A program made the position numbers and the translations under genes. Below, piece after piece: positions 54,430-61,149 of a stretch of DNA of 64,000 bases. The stretch comes from Gammaproteobacteria bacterium (GTDB lineage Bacteria; Pseudomonadota; Gammaproteobacteria; Eutrophobiales; Eutrophobiaceae). A model generated the notes under the pieces. The model searched no databases, was not told the DNA's origin, and saw only the letters and a program-made list of their open reading frames with translations. The stretch spans positions 1,696,001 through 1,760,000 of the forward strand of contig CBDCDS010000003.1 in the NCBI GenBank assembly GCA_965215365.1, in the 5' to 3' direction. Position 1 is the stretch's first letter. The number at the start of each line of letters is the position of its first letter.

Positions 54430-55947
54430 CTACTCGCCCCCCTTACCCTGATCTTTTGTTCTGATCTGGTTTTTCTTAACCGTTTTATTTTTGAGCGGTT
54501 TTTCCACCATGGTGGCGGCGTCTCCCTTGAGTGCTATCTCGATGGCGGCGAGGGGATTGTAGCCCTTCAGGGTCATAGACTGCAAGTAGCTGGAGATGCG
54601 GCAGTAGGTGTCGGCGTAGGCGGTGGTTCGGAAGCAGCCGGAGACTTTTTGTTTGACTTTAGCCATACGGATATCGCGTTCGGCGCGGTTGTTGGTGAAC
54701 GGCACGTTGGGGTCGCGGGCGAAGCGGAGGACTTCGGTTTCGTACTTGACGAGGGCATCATGGAGGTTTTGTGCCTCACATTGGGCAATCCGTCCGCGTT
54801 GGCCGGTGAGCCGTTTCGGGGGTGTGGGGAGTTCCCGTTTGGCTTGTGTCAGGATAGTCCGGTAGCGGGTGCGCAGGGACTGGTAGTCGGTCTCGCTGAG
54901 TGCCTTGTTTTTATGTGTGCGCACCTGTCGGCAGGTCTTGAGCAGGAGGCGGCTCATACGTTGGGCCCAGGCATGGCCGTGGGCGTCCTCGATAAAGGCC
55001 AAGTTACGCAACAGGTGACTGCCGCACAGGGCATGCTCGCAGTTGTCATAGGCGAAGTAGCTGGCCCAGCGGTCGTGCACGAGAACACCGCCGTAGCGGG
55101 GGACGATGCCGATGTCCTTGAGGGCGTCCCCGCCCCGCTTGCGGTGGCAGTGTTTCAGTACCAGGTTCCCGGCACTGGTGCTGTGCAGCCAGTGTTGTGT
55201 GCGGTCGATGCGCAAGGAGGTCTCATCGGCGTGCAGCACGGGCTCTGTGAGCAGGCGGGCGATAGCCGCCCGCTCCCACCCGGCCAGGGCCTCATGCACC
55301 CGCGTGAGCCAGGCCAGTAAGGTCGCCTCGGCGACGGCGCGCCCGGTCAGTGCATGAAGTGTCTGCGCCGTACGTTTGAGCGAGAGCATTTGGGCCGTTA
55401 ACAGGTGCGTGGCGAAAGCCACGATGCCAGGGCCGTATTGTAAAGGCCCCGGCATGTCATCGGGAAACGCCCCGTGGGTCTCAGTGCCACAGCGCGGACA
55501 GGTTTTTATCTCGGCGTCAATGGTCAACTCGGTCGTCTCGAAGACTATATCGACCTTGACTCGTCGCACATGGCCGGTGGGGGCGGTGCCTTTGAGATCA
55601 TGCCCGCAGGCCCGGCAGCCGGTCACGGGCACCGTGCGGGTCTGAGCCACCACGCGCCGGGACGCGCTGGGCACCGTCCCGGTCTGCGGCCCCTTGCCCT
55701 GCTTGCCGGGCCGTGTGCGCGCACTGTCATCGGGGTCGGTGCGGGAACTGGGCAGGCTGGAGTTGTGCGCCCCCTTCGGTGTGGTCTTCTCTAAGAACAC
55801 CGCCAGCAGCAACTCGAATAGCAGCAACATCGACTCGAACAGCGCACGCCCTTCGGGACTCAGCGCGCCGTCGGCGCACAACGCCTTAAAACGCATTCGG
55901 ATGGCCTCGAACTCCGCACGCAATGAGGCCTTGTTCACCGTGGCCAT
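54430..55947 (-). CDS. IS66 family transposase (TnpC; no TnpA/TnpB)
   Basis: NSSLPSS, zinc finger C..C..C..C, LHADET, VLVHDRW..Y, HALCGSHLLR, PFTNNRAERDIR..KVKQKVSGCFR; intact ORF. Confidence 0.95.
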   Translation of the reverse strand: MATVNKASLRAEFEAIRMRFKALCADGALSPEGRALFESMLLLFELLLAVFLEKTTPKGAHNSSLPSSRTDPDDSARTRPGKQGKGPQTGTVPSASRRVVAQTRTVPVTGCRACGHDLKGTAPTGHVRRVKVDIVFETTELTIDAEIKTCPRCGTETHGAFPDDMPGPLQYGPGIVAFATHLLTAQMLSLKRTAQTLHALTGRAVAEATLLAWLTRVHEALAGWERAAIARLLTEPVLHADETSLRIDRTQHWLHSTSAGNLVLKHCHRKRGGDALKDIGIVPRYGGVLVHDRWASYFAYDNCEHALCGSHLLRNLAFIEDAHGHAWAQRMSRLLLKTCRQVRTHKNKALSETDYQSLRTRYRTILTQAKRELPTPPKRLTGQRGRIAQCEAQNLHDALVKYETEVLRFARDPNVPFTNNRAERDIRMAKVKQKVSGCFRTTAYADTYCRISSYLQSMTLKGYNPLAAIEIALKGDAATMVEKPLKNKTVKKNQIRTKDQGKGGE

Positions 55948-56615
55948 GTGCACTGTGCCTCCACCGCCATCATCGCCGCCAGCACCGCCAGCCGCTCGGC
56001 CGGGGGCAAGTCACGATAACGCCGCCCCCAGTTCTCAGCCTTGCGCTTGACCTGCTGGCGGTGCGTGAAGTTGCGCCCCGCATAGCGCACCCAGTGCACC
56101 CGGTCCGGCACAAAATTGAACCAGACCCGCTCGGTCACCACCCCGCCCTGATTCATCACCTGCAAGGACACACTGCGCCAGCCCGCCAGCACCTCATCAT
56201 ACAAGGCCGAAGGATACCCCGACACCATCACCGCACAGGGCAGCCCCTGCAGTAACGCCAGCAGCGCCTCATGGTCTGAGTCCTCGTAGTCATACCGGTA
56301 ACGGTGCCGTGACTTGCGCGTGCTGTGCAGGTAGGGCGGGTCGCTGTACACCAACTCCGTGCCGTCAAACGGAAAAGTCGCCAACCAGCGGTGACAACAC
56401 CCCTGCACCAACTCCACCGGATACCTACACGTAAACCCCGCCAACGCCCGCACATCAAGATCAATCCCAATGTTGCGCAACGCCGCCGGCTTGCGCTGCA
56501 TAATCGCCCCGCCGCCTAAGTGTGTCTCAATGTACACACTGTGCGGCGGCATCATCGCAATGAGCGGCTGGCACAGACCCGTCGTGGCTTTCGACCCTCG
56601 GTACGCATTCCCCAT
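55935..56615 (-). CDS. Dam/D12-like DNA adenine methyltransferase
   Basis: YRGSK, YIETHLGGGA (motif I variant), GIDLD, VYSDPPY (motif IV), VMVSGY; intact, overlaps the transposase start. Confidence 0.88.
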   Translation of the reverse strand: MGNAYRGSKATTGLCQPLIAMMPPHSVYIETHLGGGAIMQRKPAALRNIGIDLDVRALAGFTCRYPVELVQGCCHRWLATFPFDGTELVYSDPPYLHSTRKSRHRYRYDYEDSDHEALLALLQGLPCAVMVSGYPSALYDEVLAGWRSVSLQVMNQGGVVTERVWFNFVPDRVHWVRYAGRNFTHRQQVKRKAENWGRRYRDLPPAERLAVLAAMMAVEAQCTWPR

Positions 56616-56622
56616 GACGACC

Positions 56623-56665
56623 AACATAACGCCATGACGCTATGTTGTCAAGGACGCCTTGACAA
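56623..56665 (-). promoter_or_regulatory. Putative sigma70 promoter for the MTase-transposase unit, with two inverted repeats
   Basis: TTGACA (56651-56646), 17 bp, TATGTT (56628-56623), 7 nt, ATG. Inverted repeats are TTGTCAAGG-n3-CCTTGACAA and AACATAGCG-n6-CGTTATGTT. Confidence 0.6.
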
Positions 56666-57172
56666 AAAATTCAGTAGAATTAGAGGGAGGGGGCGAGTAG
56701 TTACTCGGGTAGTTAAGTGTGTAAAGTCATTTCGATTAACTTACACAGGAGGACTACCCGATGCAGATCAAAAGGTAAGCGGGTGAAATCATATCGCAGT
56801 TGGCGCATTGATGCTACTACCGATACGACCGCACTCGGTCGTTTGCAGCAGTTAAAATGGGTTGCGAGGTTACGCGAGGAGGGGTGTAGTGAGGCGCCGG
56901 CACTGGCAGCAGTAGGTTGGTCGAGGGCGACCTACTACCGTTGGTTGAAGCGGTATCGTGAACATGGGCTGAGGGGTCTGGGGTGTGCCTCTCGTGCGCC
57001 GCGGCTCAGTTCTATCCGTTCTACGAAGGACCCCTGACCGTGGCCGCCATTAACCGGAAACCGGCAGAGTATCAGCAGCACTACAACACCTGCCGCCCGC
57101 ATGACGGTATTGGTTTATTGATCCCAATGGAGTATTATCAACAACTCACACAGCCTGACCCATGAGTCTCAT

Positions 57173-57395
57173 GGCCACCTCTAAAAATTAGAGGTGGCCA
57201 TGCAGCATAGGGACATGCTGCCATTTTTAAGCATGTAAGTGCTTGAAAATGAAGGAAACGGAAAATCACACTTTTCCGTTTCCGTCTCACAAATCTGTTT
57301 GGAACAGATTTGGACATCCACAGGATGCCCGCAGGGGGCGTCCCAAGGATGGGACGCATCAAAAAATACCACGGAGGGTATTTTTAGAGGTTCCC
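57173..57395. repeat. Multi-hairpin MITE, longest copy (223 bp, about 8 hairpins)
   Basis: Contains all modules of 14216/25490 plus extra hairpins caaatctgtttggaacagatttg, gacatccacaggatgcc and gcgtcccaaggatgggacgc; a degenerate end follows at 57401-57438. Confidence 0.85.
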
Positions 57396-57438
57396 TTAAA
57401 GGCACCATCTGAAAATAAAATACCAATGGAGGGGGCAC

Positions 57439-58920
57439 GTGCTATCAGCAGTTGAAGCAACCAGAGTAAAACTATCAAAGACTATCGAGGCGACCAAAAA
57501 GTCAGCTTTAGGCCAGTTTCTTACACCAGTAAACACTGCTGCTTTTATGGCTGGTCTTTTTCCTGACGGGGGAGGTTATTGCCGTTTACTTGATGCAGGC
57601 GCTGGAATTGGTTCGCTTTCTGCTGCTTTTCTGGAACGGTGGAACGCTGCTGGTTTTCATTTCCAAAGCGTAGAGTTGGACGCTTTCGAGATTGACGATT
57701 CGCTGCCTGTGTATCTGGATCAAACACTGGAAAAATATAAAAATATTCCGGGTTTTGTCTCAACAATCAGAAAAATGGATTTCATTCATGCTGCGACTGA
57801 GTGGCTCTCTGGAAGTTTTTTTGCAGAAGATTTCCAGCAATATACACATGCCATCCTTAATCCACCTTATAAAAAGATCAACAGCAATTCGCCGCATCGG
57901 TTGGCCCTGCGCCGTGTCGGTATTGAGACGGTTAATTTGTATTCAGCCTTTGTGGCACTGAGTGTAGCGTTGTGTGCTCCAAAGGGACAAATTGTGGCAA
58001 TCATTCCCCGTAGTTTCTGTAACGGACCATATTATCGTCCATTCCGTGATTTCATCCTTACTCGCACAGCTATTCGTCATCTGCACTTATTCGAATCCCG
58101 CGACAAAGCATTCAGGGACGATAACGTGCTACAGGAAAATATTATCATCAGACTCGAATGTGGTGCAGAACAAGGGCTGGTAACGGTTTCCACCTCTGTT
58201 GATGATACTTTTACGGACCTGACAGCCCGTAGTTTTCCATTTGACCAAATCGTGTCTCCAGACGATTCAGAACGTTTTATTCATGTGCCGTCATCTCTCC
58301 CAGACGGCATAAAACCCACCCCGGCCATTCGCCATACCCTTGCCGATCTTGGCCTCAGTGTTTCCACTGGCCCGGTAGTTGACTTCCGGCTGAAAAAGTA
58401 TTTGCGCAACATGCCGGAACCAGTGTGCGTTCCCTTGCTTTACCCTCGCCATTTTAATGGTTGCAATACTATCTGGCCGGCTCTTGATGCGAAGAAACCA
58501 AATGCTATCCTGCATAATGGCATTACTGAAAAATGGTTATTCCCAAGCGGTTATTATTGCGTGGTTCGTCGTTTTTCGTCCAAGGAAGAAAAACGGCGAA
58601 TAGTGGCAAGTGTAGTGAACCCTGAGGTCTTTGGTGATGCGACATTGCTCGGCTTCGAAAACCATTTGAACCTGTTTCATGAAAATAAGAGCGGTTTGCC
58701 AAAAGCGCTGGCATACGGATTATCGGTATTCCTCAACTCAACCCCTGTGGACGAAAATTTTCGGCGGTTCAGCGGCCACACTCAAGTCAATGCCACTGAT
58801 CTCAGACTGATAAAATATCCCAGCCGTAACAGGCTGATTGAACTTGGAAAGTGTGCCATGCAACACGGGAACCTCTCACAGGCCGTAATTGATGACAAAG
58901 TGTGCACACTTACCACATGA
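57439..58920 (+). CDS. Type II R-M N6-adenine methyltransferase (PstI/BsuBI-like)
   Basis: LGQFLTP, LLDAGAGIGSL, ILNPPY, NLYSAF, PRSFCNGPYY, FENHLN, FSGHTQVNATDL; lower GC. Confidence 0.93.
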   Translation: MLSAVEATRVKLSKTIEATKKSALGQFLTPVNTAAFMAGLFPDGGGYCRLLDAGAGIGSLSAAFLERWNAAGFHFQSVELDAFEIDDSLPVYLDQTLEKYKNIPGFVSTIRKMDFIHAATEWLSGSFFAEDFQQYTHAILNPPYKKINSNSPHRLALRRVGIETVNLYSAFVALSVALCAPKGQIVAIIPRSFCNGPYYRPFRDFILTRTAIRHLHLFESRDKAFRDDNVLQENIIIRLECGAEQGLVTVSTSVDDTFTDLTARSFPFDQIVSPDDSERFIHVPSSLPDGIKPTPAIRHTLADLGLSVSTGPVVDFRLKKYLRNMPEPVCVPLLYPRHFNGCNTIWPALDAKKPNAILHNGITEKWLFPSGYYCVVRRFSSKEEKRRIVASVVNPEVFGDATLLGFENHLNLFHENKSGLPKALAYGLSVFLNSTPVDENFRRFSGHTQVNATDLRLIKYPSRNRLIELGKCAMQHGNLSQAVIDDKVCTLTT

Positions 58921-59876
58921 ATGACAAGCACGATTATATCAGGGCCGCAAATGAGATCATCGTCTCGCTGGGCTTGCCGGGAACTCAACAAAACGAACGC
59001 TCTGCCCTTTGCTTGCTGGCTTTACTAAACCTCACTCCTGGCAAGGCATGGTCTGAAGCGGAAGACCCGCTTATGGGCATTACTCCCATTATGGATTGGG
59101 TGCGAGAGCGCTATGGCAAAGAATATGCGCCAAATACCCGAGAGACTATCCGTCGTCAAACAATGCACCAGTTTTGTGATGCAGGTATTGCACGTTATAA
59201 CCCGGATCAACCAGACCGTCCGGTAAACAGTCCACATGCAGTCTATCAAATCGAACCTGTTGCGCTGGGCCTGCTGCGTACTTTCGGCACAGATGAATGG
59301 AATGGCAATCTGAGCGGTTATCTTGCTGAACGTGAAACTTTGGTGGCCCGCTACGCCAAAGAGAGAGAACAAAATCGTATTCCGGTAAAAATCACACCAA
59401 ATACGGAAATAACACTGAGCCCCGGCGAACACAGCGAACTGCTCCGCGCTATCATCGATCATTTCATCCCTCGCTTCGCACCGGGCGGTTTGCTGATCTA
59501 TGTTGGTGACACCGGAGACAAGTGGGGTTACTTCGATATCGACTTGCTGGCAGAACTCGGTATAGAAGTAGATTCACATGGCAAAATGCCGGATGTGATT
59601 ATCTATTACAAAGAGAAAAATTGGCTGTTTCTGGTTGAAGCAGTTACCAGTCATGGTCCCGTCGATGGCAAGAGACATGACGAACTTACCAATCTTTTTG
59701 CCGCGTCAAAAGCAGGTTTGGTTTACGTAACCGCTTTCCCAAACCGTGCCGCCATGGGCAGGTATCTCGTTCAAATTGCTTGGGAAACGGAGGTGTGGGT
59801 AGCCGATGCTCCATCACACCTGATTCACTTTAATGGCCTGCGTTTTCTGGGGCCGTACGAGGTTGATCCAGAATAA
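58917..59876 (+). CDS. BsuBI/PstI family type II restriction endonuclease
   Basis: QQNERSALCLLALL, YAPNTRETIRRQT.HQF, HGKMPDV, WLFLVEAVTSHGP, IAWETEVW, HLIHFNG; ATGA overlap with the MTase. Confidence 0.93.
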   Translation: MNDKHDYIRAANEIIVSLGLPGTQQNERSALCLLALLNLTPGKAWSEAEDPLMGITPIMDWVRERYGKEYAPNTRETIRRQTMHQFCDAGIARYNPDQPDRPVNSPHAVYQIEPVALGLLRTFGTDEWNGNLSGYLAERETLVARYAKEREQNRIPVKITPNTEITLSPGEHSELLRAIIDHFIPRFAPGGLLIYVGDTGDKWGYFDIDLLAELGIEVDSHGKMPDVIIYYKEKNWLFLVEAVTSHGPVDGKRHDELTNLFAASKAGLVYVTAFPNRAAMGRYLVQIAWETEVWVADAPSHLIHFNGLRFLGPYEVDPE

Positions 59877-59910
59877 GTTTGGCGTTGAAATTTTCTGAGA
59901 ACTTATCGAT

Positions 59911-60279
59911 ATGAGGTTCATGGGTATTGAACCTGAACACATCAGCCCTATCCCCGTGGATGAAGGCGGTGGTTATCTGATTTCTTTTCCCGATTTGCCG
60001 GGATGTATGGCAGATGGAGAGAGTATTGAAGACGCCGTATCAGAAGCACGTGATGCGTTCAAGGCATGGATGATGGCGGAACTGGAAGATCAGACAACAG
60101 TGCCTGCGCCCAAGACTTACAGCGGCCAGTTTGTCCAACGCATCCCGAAAAGTCTGCACTTGCAACTCGCTAAATGCGCGGAAAATGAAGGGGTCAGCCT
60201 GAATCAACTAACGGCTACTTTACTGGCGCAGGGAGTGGTGCGTTTAACTCAACCAAACACCGTTGAAAATACTGCGTAA
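59911..60279 (+). CDS. Orphan HicB family antitoxin
   Basis: EGGGYLISFPDLPGCMADGE..E.A...ARDA...YSGQFVQRIPKSLH..LA..AE.EGVSLNQ; no hicA upstream. Confidence 0.88.
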   Translation: MRFMGIEPEHISPIPVDEGGGYLISFPDLPGCMADGESIEDAVSEARDAFKAWMMAELEDQTTVPAPKTYSGQFVQRIPKSLHLQLAKCAENEGVSLNQLTATLLAQGVVRLTQPNTVENTA

Positions 60280-60284
60280 CTGAA

Positions 60285-60389
60285 GGTAACCTCTAAAAAT
60301 ACCCTCCGTGGTATTTTTAGAGGTTACCATAACTTATTGAGAGTAATCATGTTTCACAAGGCAACAAGCGACTTGGTGAGATCTGCGGG
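60285..60389. repeat. MITE hairpin H (60285-60328) fused to the IS-like end repeat (60329-60389)
   Basis: ggtaacctctaaaaatacc-ctccgt-ggtatttttagaggttacc perfect 19-bp stem, then ...cgacttggtgagatctgcggg|ttag. Confidence 0.85.
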
Positions 60390-60406
60390 TTAGAGGGTCC
60401 CGCAAG

Positions 60407-60838
60407 TTAAACCACCTCCGGCAGCACGGTAAAGCCTTCCCGGTGTGCAGCCTGACGCAGGCTGTTGTTGAAGGAGACGAAGCCGCGGTTGTCAGTGGCA
60501 CCCTGGCACCACTGCAGCGCGGCGGCCAGTTGCAGGGCGTCTGTTGTTGCCAGGGCGTGTACTGCCAGTAGCCGTTCCGCCCGGCGGCGCAGCGCTTCGT
60601 GTGGTTGAATTTCTGCCCACACCTGTGCTAGGACATTTAATACCCGGCGTGCGGCGTGCTCACCGGCGGCTGTCAGGTCTTCGGTTTTTGTCTGTTGCGC
60701 CAGTGCCGAGCTGCATTCGATACGCGTTCCCCACCAGACTATGAGGCAGGTGTCGGCAGTGAGCAGCTCCCGTACTATCGTTGAATTCGGTTCATGGACG
60801 CACAGGGGTATGATGGCTGAAGTATCCCAGAATTTCAC
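60407..60838 (-). CDS. VapC family PIN toxin
   Basis: FWDTSA, E..SAL, L.T.DALQLAAA, FVSF...L..AA..EGF. Confidence 0.9.
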   Translation of the reverse strand: MKFWDTSAIIPLCVHEPNSTIVRELLTADTCLIVWWGTRIECSSALAQQTKTEDLTAAGEHAARRVLNVLAQVWAEIQPHEALRRRAERLLAVHALATTDALQLAAALQWCQGATDNRGFVSFNNSLRQAAHREGFTVLPEVV

Positions 60839-61125
60839 CGGCCTTGTTCCCGCTCCCGTGAAACCCTGAGCCGGACCTTGGCATCGGGGTCGCTGGGACG
60901 AGATAAATCCCAGAAATCAGTCGGCAAAGGCGCCCGCGGGCGTTGCAGTTGCCCTCTGTTTTCCATTTCCAGCAGGTGCTTGGACAACGGCACCACCTCT
61001 TCGATCGGCGCGACGCGGACGACGGTGCGACCACGTTCGGTTATCAGCAATTCCTCGCCGCCCTTGACCTGACGCATATAGGCGCTGATGAGCGCCTTGA
61101 AACTGGTGACGGTTGTAACCTGCAT
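60835..61125 (-). CDS. Phd/YefM family antitoxin
   Basis: V..FKA.ISAY.R.VK.GEE.LITERGR.V; overlaps the vapC start. Confidence 0.88.
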   Translation of the reverse strand: MQVTTVTSFKALISAYMRQVKGGEELLITERGRTVVRVAPIEEVVPLSKHLLEMENRGQLQRPRAPLPTDFWDLSRPSDPDAKVRLRVSREREQGR

Positions 61126-61149
61126 ACTATCGCCGGGTCAATCGAAACA

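Larger units (their letters stand above)
54426..56704 (-). mobile_element. IS66-family element (2279 bp) carrying a methyltransferase passenger gene
   Basis: 16-bp TIRs GTAACTACTCGCCCCC; 8-bp target duplication TCGGGTAG at 54418-54425 and 56705-56712. Confidence 0.95.
54375..57172 (+). mobile_element. Second IS481 copy, interrupted by IS66, internally deleted and lacking its right TIR
   Basis: Left end tgtccgggttcagaaacaagtg.gactc matches the 8281 end. 56705-57172 matches 7147-8281 except for about 610 bp missing at about 57005; the sequence stops at gagtctcat where a MITE begins. Confidence 0.88.
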
